From: Vicugna vicugna
Lineage: Eukaryota
Direction of reading: 5' to 3'
Length of the DNA: 64,000 nucleotides
Assembly (NCBI GenBank): GCA_013265495.1
Contig: MU058781.1
Coordinates: 4,713,050-4,777,049, forward strand
Part shown: piece after piece, positions 25,305 to 37,510 of the stretch
Layout: each line of letters starts with the position of its first letter
Position numbering within the stretch: position 1 is the stretch's first letter
Translations under genes and position numbers: made by a program
The notes under the pieces: generated by a model
What the model was told of the DNA's origin: nothing
Database searches by the model: none
What the model saw: the letters and a program-made list of their open reading frames with translations, nothing else

Positions 25305-25856
25305 TCGTAGCTATGGCTTTTACTTTCTGTATTCTGATGCTTTGACAGACAGCAGGGTCCGTGCTGACCTCGGAGAGACTGCCCTCCCAGGAAACCAATT
25401 CTGAGAGATAGTAAACAGCTAACCCACGAGCGCACTTTTCAAATACAAACCAACCAATCCAGAGCTGGCAGCCAAACCGTCTCACTTATCAGCTCTCTCA
25501 CTTGGGGCCACCCTGCACCTGCCCTAATGCCCCCAAGGCCAGGTACCAGACAACTAGGGACAGTCGTATGCCCCAGAGCCCACTGAAGGCATTCCAACTA
25601 GACAGTCCTAAGCCTCCTCACCCTGCCTCATGGCTCCTCCCCACAGAAACCACTAGAAAGGCTCCTGCCCACAGTTTCTCCCTCCCTCTGCCTCCTGATG
25701 ACTCTGGTCCTTCCCCATGTGGCGCCTCGTGGCGTGGCCTGCCCCCTCCTCTTGCAGTCTGTGAGTATAACGCTATCTTTTCAGTGGTAAATGTCTCCTG
25801 ATCTGTTGGCCTTACTATACCTCAAGCTTTCTATCAATATACCATATTTTAGAATA
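25305..25856 (+). mobile_element. MER74-like ERVL LTR
   Basis: Contains 'ttctgtattctgatgctttgaca', 'aaaccaaccaatccagagc', 'ggccaggtaccagacaactagggacag' and 'tctcctgatctgttggcctta'. Confidence 0.8.
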
Positions 25857-27269
25857 ATGACTGTGTCCATTTGGAGGAAATAACAGCCTTCCACACTCTG
25901 TTTCATAATTGATTGTGTACTTGCCTTTCTCCTCATCTTGACTTTATACACACAGAAAACAGACCTTTATCTCCTTATCTCCTGTGCCCAGTACATAGGA
26001 AGTACCTTCTGAATGTTTGTTGACTGACTAGCTGACTGAATTTGACAGCCACACTACCACATTTGTCCTCCTTATCAAGTGTCCAAAAAGAAAGGACTCT
26101 TTGCAGATTCCTTTAACACGCCCTGCCACGATAGTTGCTTACTCAGCGGGCTCTTCTCTTTCTGTTCCACCACGTGTGTGTGTGAAGGACACGCCAAAAA
26201 AACCCAGCTCCTGTCACTTCTGCTTTGTGAGGTTTCCTGGGGCAGAACAAGCCTCCCCTGTGTCTCAGGGGGTGGACATGCGGAGGCAGAGTGGGAACCC
26301 CTGAGGCAGGTCTCATCACCAGAAGGCTGCCCTGGCACGCAGAGCACTTGGAGAAGCTTGTCTCTGAACCATCTGCAGTCGTGCATGCAAACAGCTGAGT
26401 GTCCCCCATCCAGGCAGGTCAGTCACGCTCTGTGAAACTAACTTGGGGATAGTTTCCCCAGTGCTCAAATCTCCAGACAGTCCCCAAAGGAAGGGAGTCA
26501 TGCCCTCAACTGCCCCCATCTCGGAAAAGCTGAGAAACTGCAAGGCTGTGCAGAGCCCCCGGGACAGTGCCTGGATTCTCCCTGGCAATGGTGGCAACAG
26601 GAAGGAGCAAAAGCAAGGGAATGCTCCTCCATCCTTCAGGTTTCTAGTCCCTCCTCCCGTTCCTCCTGTGGGGGCAAAGCCTTCCCAAAAGAGCCAGTAC
26701 CTTCCTCTTCAAGCCCAAAGGGTGTATGAGAGGAAGGTCACCTTAGCCAGACTCCCAGCAAGGCAGGAGGTCAGGGAAGATCCCCCCCACCTCTTCCACC
26801 TGAGTGCCAACTGCTGGAATCCATTTGACAATTAGCAAAATCTAGTTTTATTCCCCGATGAGAGATGAGATTTAAAATGCAAATACTCCTGAGAGAAATA
26901 ACAAGTTGGCTTAAGATCAGTCAGTACTTATTGTGACAAATAACCCTTCTCCGTGAGCAGATTTGGGGGAGGGCAGGAGAGGAACGGAGAGGAAACTCAG
27001 GGGCAGAGGATGGATTTTCCCTCTCCTTCCAGAGGATGCTTCCATCCTTTGGCCAAAACCTTGTCTAAAAATCTCATTCAGAGTTTCAAGCAGCTGTCAG
27101 AAAGCCATTCTAGTTCCACATCCCCAACGGCCCTCAGATCCCATTCGCCACATCACCCGACTAACCAGGCACCTAGGAGTCCTTCAGTTGCTCAGAGTTC
27201 TCTGCAGAAAAATGTTTTTTTTTTTAATGCGTAGAGGGTGAGACTTTTCTCAGGCCAATTCCAAATTGT

Positions 27270-27735
27270 AAATGCAATACCATTCACAACAGCCAAAAGG
27301 TGGGAACCAACCAGCAGATGCATGGATAAACAAAATGTGGTATAAACACAATGGAATGTTATTCAGCCTTGAAAACGAAGGAGGTTCTGATCCACATCAC
27401 AACATGAATGAACTTCAAGGACATTATGCTAAGTAAAATAAGCCAGGCATAAAAGGACAAAAATTACATGATTTCACTTGTAAGAGGTACCTAAAACAGG
27501 CAAATTTGTAAAAACAGAAAGTAGAATGTGGTTACCAGGGGCTGGAGGAGGGAGGAATGGGGAGTCATTGTTTCATGGGTACACAGTTTCTCTTTGGGAT
27601 GATGAAAACGTTCTGGAAATGGATAGTGGGATGGTTGTTTGACCACGTGAATGTACTTAATACCAGCAAATTGTATACCTAAAAAGTGGCTAAAATGATA
27701 AATTCTATGCTGTATACATTTAACCAAAATAAAAA
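27270..27735 (+). mobile_element. Old L1 3' UTR (L1MB-like)
   Basis: Contains 'cattcacaacagccaaaaggtggg', 'gatgcatggataaacaaaatgtgg' and 'tctttgggatgatgaaaacgttctggaaatggatagtgg'. Confidence 0.9.
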
Positions 27736-27790
27736 GGGTTTTAATGCAATGACCACTCTCCCCATTTTATTACTTGTCTTTTTCCCTGAC

Positions 27791-27951
27791 TTTTTAAAAA
27801 TTTTTTAATATTTTTATTATTGTATTATTTTATTTTGGCAGGGTGTAGGTAATTAAGTTTATTTATTTTTGGAGGAGGTACTGGGGATTGAACCCAGGAC
27901 CTTGCGCATGCTAAGCATGTGCTCTACCACTTGAACTATATCCTTCCTACC
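27791..27951 (-). mobile_element. tRNA-Ala-derived SINE (vic-1-like)
   Basis: 'ggaggtactggggattgaacccaggaccttgcgcatgctaagcatgtgctctaccacttgaactata' with a T-rich tail. Confidence 0.9.
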
Positions 27952-30078
27952 TTTTGCCCTGATTTCTGACCCAATCCTCTGTCGCTGACTGAGCACCACT
28001 AAGCAAGGAAGAGCCGTGTCCAGGAGCAGGGGGAGGACATCCAGGTGAAGCTTCTGATACCACAGAGAGACCAGTACTTATGCCAGAAATGAGGTCTGTT
28101 TCCACACCACCCCTGCCACACCTTGTCCAGCCTGCCCTCTGTTACATCACACCTTCAAGAGCTGCCTTTTACCCACAACTCCTTAGGCCAGAGTTCACCA
28201 CCCTCCCATCGGGCCCCAGCCCAACTTGCCAACTTCCCTCCGGATACCAACCTTGACAAACTGCTCTGACCGCTTGGCCTCTTCCCTGTTCTCCAAATAC
28301 ACCGTGTGATGATGCTACTGGATCTCCTGCCCACCTTTCAGAGTCCAACCCCCCGAGCCGCTGCTCCTCAGGGGTCCCTCCTCAAGCCGTTCCGTTCACA
28401 GAGACGCAAGCCCTTCCCGAACCCTGGGCTCACCGCATCTTTCATCTGCTGCCTTCCCTTTATTGCTTGGTTCTGCGACAGATCTATCCACTGGTGTTGG
28501 TGTTGGTAATTAGATTCTGAAGATTAAGACTCTAAGGAACTTTAGGAGATGATTTCATTTGACTCAATACGTAGCGAGGGCACAGAGCCTGAGCAATAGC
28601 TTGCCGGGGTCCCAGCACTCATTAGTGGCAGAGGAGAGAAGAGAGGCTATGTCCTGACCCTTACTGCGTTCCCTCCTTCGTAGCACCACGTGGCCTCTTC
28701 GAACTACTTCAAGTGTGTTCACCTTATTGTCCCCAGCAGGACTTGGACGCCACGTCAGGGCAGACAAGGACCACACCCCATGTCATTTCTGTCCTGACGA
28801 AACCCAGCACAGCCTTAATGAGATGTCCATGTTAAAACCATAAAGGGTCACTAGGTCATCCTCTTAACCACTCGGGCCTGAAATTCCTCTTACCCTTTTC
28901 CTACAAATAAGGTCTCTTTCTCCTCTGCCAATTCAGAATACCTTCCTTATGAGTCTCCTAGTTGTGAGTTAGGCAAACCCAAACAAAAGCAGGTGGATAA
29001 TAGAGTTGCAGGTGGATAACTTCACCAATTTCTGCAACCTCAGAAGCACGCTCGGTTTACTTCTTGTCCCTAACTGTGGACCCACCACAAGTTGAACCAG
29101 ACTTACTTGCTCTAATTTTATCTCCACTTTGCAGGCAGACATCGGTTCCCTTGATCTGTCTCCTAGACCGTCCCTCTGTCACTCTTTCTGTCTCGGCCAC
29201 GCGGGCTTTCTCTCAGTTGGAACCTCTGTAGGCTGCTTCTGCCTCCATGTAGCTCTTAGAAAGAGAAAGAAAAAGAACAAGAAATCACAGCTTCTTATTC
29301 GTGATAGAGGCAGAACCCTCCTGGCGGGCCAGGCGGCATCTACTTACAGGGGTTATTTTGCAGATGTCCCACTACCCGGGACAAGCCCAGCTCTCCTCCC
29401 GCAGACTCTGGAGTCCATTCCCTCCGCCAGCCTCATGGCTTCCGTCAGGAGCAGGATGTGGCTCCTGCTATCACAGACCATAAAACCCAAAGGCTGCAGG
29501 GCTGGGGGCGCCCACCCGTCCATCAACATTGGGGTTTGATGATGGGGAAGGAAGAAAGGAAACCTGGGGAAAGTTCTGAACCCTGAGCAAATTTGGAGAG
29601 GTAGGATGAGGGAGACAGACCCAGACAAGGCCATAATTACAGAAGCCTCGTGCAAAACTTAATTAAAACTTGGGCAGAAACGAACACCAGAAACAAACGT
29701 CATTCATCAACTTAAAACACCAAGGAAGGTAAACACTGCCCTAGACTCAGAACAAGAAAGGGAGGAGGAAGGAAAGATGGAGCGATCACTCCAGATATCA
29801 AGCAAATCAAATTACCCTGAAGGCCGGGCCAGACACATGCATTAATCACCGGTTATCCCAGCTGCACACCTGTATGGCGCGCTCCGGACGACTCCAGTGG
29901 ATGGGAGCGAGCAAGCAGCTTCCCCGAGGCTGGCTGGAAGGGACAGGGGGGCAGGCCCAGGGCGGCGCTACCAGAAGTGGCCATGTGGCACCCCCAGGTC
30001 CCCTGGTTGGTGGAAGAAGGAACAGAAGAATTAGATTCAGGCAGGTAAATGCAATCCCCAGCTCTCCAGCCAAGTTAC

Positions 30079-30482
30079 TTTTTTTTTTTTTTTTTTTTTC
30101 AAATCAGCAGTTAATTCTCCTGCACATTAACTGTCCGTAGATTTTTGAAAGTGGCGACTAGTACATAGGTAACCAATGTACAGAGCTCGTTTGTTGAATC
30201 TAATCTTCATGACGTTTTCTGAACAACCGCCCGTGGATACAGTCTGGGCCGGTCCTTATTCCTTTGGCCCAGACAGCTTTTTGAGCCTGGTGTCAATGGG
30301 CAGAGATCCCATCTCCCTCATGGCAAATTTCCAGACTTCTTTGAGTGCAGAGAGGCACACTTCCTGAAACCCACCCACTCCATGGATGCGCTTGTGAACG
30401 GTGATAGTGTATTCTCTGGTCACCACCTCCAGGATGGCCGGCCGGCCCTTCTTCTCACCACCTTTCTCTGCGGCAGCCATTC
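30079..30482 (-). pseudogene. RPL31: Processed pseudogene of 60S ribosomal protein L31 (eL31)
   Basis: ATG at 30480-30478 gives [36 protein letters not shown], close to the RPL31 N-terminus. The C-terminus TFKNLRTVNVQEN* ends at 30111. Intronless, with a poly-A tail (T-run 30079-30099). Frameshifts cause an early stop at 30256. Confidence 0.96.
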
Positions 30483-30963
30483 TGTTACAGGAGGCAAGTT
30501 CATGTGCCCGCTGCACCATGAGGCCAAACAAACTGAAACAATGGAGTGTGGAGCAGAGAGAGGTTTACTGCAGGGCTGGGCAAGGAGGACAAGGTGGCTC
30601 ACGCCCAAGAAAACCCTGAACTCCCCTAAGGGTTGCAGCAAAGCATACTTAAGGGCCAGGTAAGGGGTGGGGGTGGGGTAGGGGAGTAGGAGGTGGGCAC
30701 AAGGCACAAGAACCGCTCTGATTGGTTGATGTGGAGGTAACAGAGCGGTCAGTCAGCACTACCAACCCCGAGGCGCCAGGAGGTCTGGGGGCCACGTGCT
30801 CTCCATCATCTAGTTAATTTCTTCCCTCTGATGGTGGTTTGTAGCATCTGAAAAACTCAGGAAATATACATGTGATGCTGTTATCTGGGTACTTCAGAGA
30901 GGAGCTACAGCAGAGGATGTAGGGGAGGGGTCTGACCCTGGAGGCCCCACAGGGTCCTGCTCA
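30483..30963 (-). mobile_element. ERV1-type LTR abutting the RPL31 retrocopy start
   Basis: Begins tgttac. Homologous to the 23198 LTR ('gaggccaaacaaa', 'ggagcagagagaggtttactgcagggc', 'ggtggctc', 'ctgattgg', 'ccccacagggtcctgct'). Confidence 0.85.
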
Positions 30964-33900
30964 GGCTGGGGGTGGAAAAAAAGCCCAAGTTAACTTTCCT
31001 TGGCTCCTTTTATTTCTGGAGCCCTCGGGCAAGAGGGCCAACTCCTAAACTCTCACTGTTGATGGTTTTCTCCTCTCATGAAGTTCAGAGTGGAGGGGGA
31101 GGGAGAGCAGGGGAGTGGACAGGAGCAGTGGGGTGGGGTGGGGACAAAACGAGCCTTTGACTTTGTTCCCGGTGCTGCACAGGCTTTGTACACCCACAAA
31201 TGAGTCCCCAGGGCTGGTCACAAGCTGAACTTCCTCACAAAAAGGGGCTGGAAGGCAGCTCGGCCATCCGGGCTGGGAGCTATTTGCCCCTGATGAGACA
31301 TTGCAAGTGGGAACCATCTGAGTCTGTGCCTATGTGAATGCCAGAGTGCATGCAGAGGGAACAGATGATTTATTAGTGGGGCCTCCGCAAAGTCTCCTTC
31401 AAAAAGGAAAGGAGCTTCTCCCCACCCCGACCCCCACCCCCTTATCATTAAAACCTTAAAGGGGTAGACTCCGTTTGGTCTCTTAAGCCAGCCTGCAAGG
31501 GAGTCACAGCTAATCAGGCAGCCAGCTCAGCTCCTCCAGCCTTTCTTTGAGTACAACAATATGTATAAACTGGCGAAATGGACTGCAGACCACTTTGATG
31601 TTAAACAAAGAGGAAAAACTCCAAAAGATCTAAAAACTGTATTCTTGTTTAACTCCTCTGTGTCCTCTCTGCAGAGCAAGTTTAAAACTCACACAGCCAA
31701 ATAATGATTACCATTCCAGACACTTAGACCCAAGTGTTTCCTAGCAAGAGAATAGCCAGTCTCGCCCTCTGAATGACTTGCTCTGATTATAAGAGAACTG
31801 ATGCCATAAGATCGCTACATATATGCATACACCACCTCATTTAATCCTTCCAACACCTCTGTAGGATCCATATTATCATCCTATTTGGAAGATGGAGCAA
31901 CAGATTGTTTAAGTGATGTGTCTCATGTCTTGGTCTGTAATGGGGTTTCAATCTCTGGTCTCTAGGGGTCCAAAGCCCTCCCTGGAATGCAAAGCTTGAG
32001 TTCTTTCTCATCCTCCCTTAATGAATGAACTGAACTCCCTTAGCTTGGGAATGAGATGGTTTACATATGTAAACTTTTCCAATATCCAAAACCTATCCCT
32101 TTAAAGCCAAATCTTTTAAAAATTTTTTAATTCATTTGAAATAGAATTTTCCTAAAATATATTGTACACTCCCATAGCTTACAAAAGAGAAAATTTCTGG
32201 GAAATGTCCAGAGAAACGAATCCTAGGCAGGCAGGAATTCCAGCCTTTAGGTCCTCGGAGATGCCAAGGAAGGGATGCCTCTTATGACCAGAGAGGATAG
32301 CTGTCTGGGAGGAAGGGAAGAGGGGTGTGCTTGCCCTTGCCCCCTAGGAGTACAAGAAAGCAACAGAAAGATTTTCAACCACCATCTGGAAATGGAGTCA
32401 GAAAACTAGCCGTGGATCAAGAAGTAAGAACCTTGGAAGAAGATTTTGGCATCCATATTGTCCCATTTCCCCCTTGCTAAGAAATAGTAAAATAACCTCT
32501 AAAACAAAATAAATTTTTAAAAAATGAAAATGTATATGAACCAAAATGTAACAGTGACGATAGCCTGGTGATGTTATTAACCTCATTCTTCTTTCTTTTT
32601 CTCCGAGGCTCCATTTTACTTTAGATCAGAGAGGTGGATTGGGTACTCAACTTTCAGGCAAGCATTGTACCCAAAGAGCATGCAGAAGAGAAGACATCAT
32701 CTGACTCCCAAGCAATGTCATTGGGATCATGTATGTTATTTTGTTTTATTCAAACCATGTGTCCATCAGCCTGGAAAAGGGGGAGGCTTTGGAGTCAGGA
32801 AGAACCTACTGGAATCCTAGCTCTGCCACTTACTAGCAGAGTCACCCAGGACACTGAATCTCCCAGCCTTAGAGTCTCTGTCTATAACATGGGATGGGAC
32901 TAGTGTTACCTACTTCATGGGACTGTCATCAGATTCTATACTTCATGGGGCACTCTTTCTAAATATGGGATGTATATACCAAATGAACAGATGCATTCAT
33001 GAGAGCAAGCTATTTTGCCTACATTTAAAATATGACACCTTCACCTCCTACCCTCTCATATATTGTCAAGTTAGGCTTTATTGAACCATAAAATTCATGG
33101 TGAGATGAATCTGTCCTGGACACCACTTTAAAGACTAATGGCAATTACCAAAGTGCCAAGAGAAACTGGCAGTAAGATTGGTGCTGCAGCATGAGACCAT
33201 ACTAGGGGAAAGCTACCAGCAGAGAATTAATGTGAGTTAAGCATCCAATTAAACATATGCACTGAGCACTTTCACATGTCTTATCTCACTCCGCTAATAA
33301 AATAGCCTCCTAAGGCTGGTATTATTATCCCCATTTTACAGAAAGTTTCAACAGCTCCCCATGGTCACAGCACTAAGATTCATATCCAGACCTCACTGAC
33401 TCCAAAGCCCCTTCTTTATACATTGTTTCATGTTGTTTCTATTTGCATTATCAACTGAGATACTAGATCTATATTAATAGTATCCAGAGCATTATTTAAG
33501 GCTAGACAATTCCAAGGAAGTTTTTCAACGGTTTATGACCCATGGATGAGTGATTCTGAATATTACTGGTGAAATGCAATTTCTTCCTCCATCTGTCTTC
33601 CTCTTTCTGGTTCTGTCTCTTTCCATCCTTGTCCCCTCCCTCCCCCTACTTGTTAGTATTCCCGTCAATATAAAAATAAGATTATAAATCCAAGACGTTA
33701 GTCCAAACATTTTTTTTTCTATTTAATGTACAACAAAGAAAGAGAGCGTATGAGAGAAGGATTACAAAGACATCTCCTTTTACTTGTTTACCCTTGGAAT
33801 TTATACACAACCCCTTCACCCTAAGGCTAAGGTCGTACTTGTAATGTTTCTGCTGGTACTTTAGCCAGTTTCCCAATCAGTGTGCTGAAAGCCTGGGTAC

Positions 33901-35306
33901 AGCAAGGATGCCCTCAGACCTCAGGGCAGCCAGGCAGAGCCACGGTGGCCAGAGTCCCGGGGTGTGTCACCTCCAGCCAAGAGCAGCCCTTACCGAGTTA
34001 CCATTTCTGATTGAGTCCCTCCAAATGGGAAAGGTTAGAAAGCTCTGCATGTTGTAAGTGGGGAGGCAAACATTAGGCAGAAAAGTCATCTAATAGAAGA
34101 ATTTCAAACACTACCCCCAAAAACCTAAGGTGTCCAAAGATACTTAATCACTTTCTGGGAAAAATACGGGAAAGGAGAAAAGTCCAAAGTCTAGACCTGG
34201 AATATCATTCAACTCACTGTGCGTCCCTCCCCTCTCTGAGTTGGACCCGACACTTTCTAACATCCTCCACCATTCTAATTTCCCGCTGAAAACACCCCAT
34301 CGTTGTGAAGGGGCAGCTCGAAGGGAAAGCAGGCAGCACAGGGCAGCGTGCAGAGCCAGCTGTTTGCTCTTCATTTTTGAGTAACTTAGAGGAAATCCAG
34401 TCATCTTGATGGAACCACAGTTTGACCAAAAGGTGCCTCCATGAGTGACCGGTGTTGATTTGGCTTAAGTCTCAGCCCACCGCACACATATCTTGTTCTC
34501 AAACACCCACCCTGCAGACACTCTGTGCTCGACATTGGTCTGGCTGAGGCAGGTCTGCTGGCAGCATCTTATCTCCTTCGGCACAGAGCCTCGGGCCTTT
34601 CCAGAGCAGGCCTGTTCCCCGGGGAAGAAGAGCAAGACAACACTCGCTGTCTTGTCCTCAGACCACGAATGTCTATTATTTGAATAGCCATTTCCACAAT
34701 AAGCAGCCTACCTAACTCTCTGGACCTCAGTTCTCCTTTTGGGTAAAATAGGAACATCTGCCCACAAAGAGCAGTTGTGTCAATTAAATGAGAAAACCTC
34801 TGTGTCATGTTTGACACAGAATAAGGGGTCAGTTAGCTCCTTCCCCTTCTGGCTTTCACCATAGCCTTCTCCACAGATGATGCAGGAGTGAGGAGTCCCA
34901 AGAAGAGGAAAAACAGATGCCGAGAAGACAAGCAGGCAAAGACTCTTAGACGAGAAAGGGTCCAGCCAAGGTCCCAAGCTTTCCCCAGAGTGGAATCATG
35001 AGCGGAGGTAAGACGCTTCCGTGAGAGAGGCGTCAAGCAGCACACTTAGCCTCCAAGCCTCCAGCTCACGGCAGTGGGGACGTGTGAATGCTCATCTAAC
35101 AGCCTTGACGTGGGTGTATTTTTAACTCCACAAATTAAAATGAGATTGACGGCAGTCGAGCTGTCGCCACCCGTGCCAATGAACGATTTACTTCGTGATG
35201 GAGGTGTGTCCCTATGACTCCAGAGCAGAACAAAGCAAACTAGAGATTCAGAAGTGAACCTAGGTTTAAGGCTAATACAGAACACTCATTTGAAACTGCA
35301 AAAAGG

Positions 35307-36400
35307 CAGGTAAATCAATGAAGTTAGAACACAACCTCGCACCATACACAAAAATAAACTCAAGATGGCTTAAAGACTTAAATATTGGACATGACACCAT
35401 AAAACTTCTAGAAGTGGGGGGAGGGTATAGCTCAGTGGCAGAGCGCATGCTTAACATACATGAGGTCCTGAGTTCAATCCCCAGTACCTCCATTAAAAAT
35501 AAATAAATAAACCAAATTACTTCCCCCAAAAAAAAAGTTTAAAGAAGAACTCCTAGAAAAGACCATAGGCAGAACATTCTCTGACGTAAGTCATACCAAT
35601 GTTTTCTTAGATCAGTCTCGCAAGGCAATAGAAATAAAAGCAAAAATAAACAAATGGGACCTAATCAAATGTATAAGCTTTTATGGAAAACAGTATGGAG
35701 GTTCCTTTAAAAACTAAAATAGACTTACCATATGATCCAGCAATCCCATTCCTGGGCATATATCTAGAGAAAACTCTAATTTGAAAAGATACAGGCACCC
35801 CAGTGTTCATAGCAGTACCATTTACAATAGCCAAGACGTGGAAGCAACCTCAATGTTCATAAATGAATGAATGGACAGATAAACGGATAAAGAATGTGTG
35901 GCGTATATACACACAATGGAATACTGCTCAGGCATAAAAAAGAATGAAATAATGCCATTTGCAGCAACATGGATGGACCTAGAGATCATCATACTAAGTG
36001 AAGTAAGTCAGAAAGAGAAACACAAATACCATACGACATCACTTATATGTGGAATCTAAAATATGGCACAAATGAATTTATTTTAAAAAACAGAAACAGA
36101 CTCACAGATACAGAAAACAAACTTATGATTACCAAAGGGGAAAGGGGTAGGGAAGGGATATATTGGGAGTTAGGGATTTGCAGATACAAACTACTATATA
36201 TAAAAATAGATAAACAACAAGGTCCTACTGTAAAGCACAGGGAACTATATTCAATATCCTATAATAAACCATAGTGGAAAAGAATATGAAAAAGAACACA
36301 TATATATGTATAACTGAATCACTTTGCTGTATACCTGAAACTAATGCATTGTAAATCACCCATACTTCAATAAAAAAATTAAAAATAAAAATAAAAAATA
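35307..36400 (+). mobile_element. 5'-truncated L1 with internal deletion and nested SINE
   Basis: ORF2 remnant [23 protein letters not shown], a full 3'UTR and an A-rich tail. TSD aaactgcaaaa(a/t)gg at ~35293-35306 and 36403-36416. Confidence 0.93.
35414..35547 (+). mobile_element. tRNA-Ala-derived SINE (vic-1-like) nested in L1
   Basis: 'gggtatagctcagtggcagagcgcatgcttaacatacatgaggtcctgagttcaatccccagtacctcca' with a TSD-like aact(t/c)ctagaa on both sides. Confidence 0.92.
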
Positions 36401-36889
36401 GAAAACTGCAAAATGGACTGGAAATGCGCTGCTTTAGCTCTGTACATATGTGCTTGAATCTTCCTAAGGCACTAAAACTAATGTTTAAACAATATATGTG
36501 CCAAGAAATGCAAAGACGTCCATTCTCTTTGATCTTTCTATCTATGGGAATTTGTCATAAGGCCATAATTCAGTGGCTCAAGCTCAAAACCTCAACATCA
36601 CTCAGTTAGAACACTGCTGCAGGCAAGGAAGGATGATACAGTGAACCACGGTACAGCCACACGTGGTGTTTTCTGAAATCCGTATCATAACACGGGAAAT
36701 GCCTACAATATAACATTAACTGACAGGGAACCAAATAATAAACATCAGCCTGATTACAACTCTATTCTTAGAATAAGCACACATAAAATTAAAGTATTAG
36801 AAGGAACTGTGCCAATGTCAACAGCGATTTTCTTTGGGTGACAGAACTATTAAAATATTTTTCTTCTTTTAACTTTTGCTAAATATTCT

Positions 36890-37510
36890 TTTTTTTTAAA
36901 CTGCAGTATTATTTACCTACAGTAAAGCACACAGATTTTAACTGTACCATCAATGAGTTTTGACAATTACATATAATGATATCCAAAAAAAGTCCTCGAT
37001 ACCCCTTTCTTATCAACTTCTCTGTCCAGTAGCAACCACTATTCTCATTTCTGTCTCCTTAAATTTGTTTTGCTTGTTCTTGAACTTCATATAAATGAGT
37101 TCAATCAAGTGTGTAATCCTTCATATGTGGCTCCTTTCACTCAAAATAATGTTTTTCAGATTCATCCAAGTTTTGGATTCCTTTTTACCCTCTGAGTAGT
37201 ATTCCAGTGTGTGGACATAACACACTTGATTTATCCATTCCTCTGTTGGTAGATATTTGGGTTGTTTCCATTTTTTGTTATTAGGAATAAAGCTACAATG
37301 AACATTTTTGTAGATTCATGCTTTTATTTCTTTTGAGTAAGTCTCTAAAAGAAGAAGAGAAGAATTTCTCTGTTCTGTTTATGTAAATAGAAACTGCCAA
37401 CAGTTTTGCAAACTGTACCATTTTGTACTCCTATCAGCAAGGTATGATAGTAGGAAAGTTCTAGTTGTTCCACATACTCTCCAGCATTTGGTATTGTTAT
37501 ATTTTCATTC
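36890..37510 (-). mobile_element. Old L1 3' fragment
   Basis: Contains 'gaacttcatataaatg', 'ttcagattcatccaag', 'tttatccattcctctgttggtagatatttgggttgtttcca' and 'gttccacatactctccagcatttgg'. Confidence 0.85.

Noticed and set aside
23198..30963. Full provirus bounded by the two related LTRs ~7 kb apart
   Set aside because: The LTRs are clearly divergent, the left one has its own TSD, and the interval holds unrelated repeats with no gag, pol or env.
35420..35492. tRNA-Ala gene (and the six similar copies)
   Set aside because: Each copy has stem-breaking changes and a shared non-tRNA tail, and several have TSDs, so they are SINEs.
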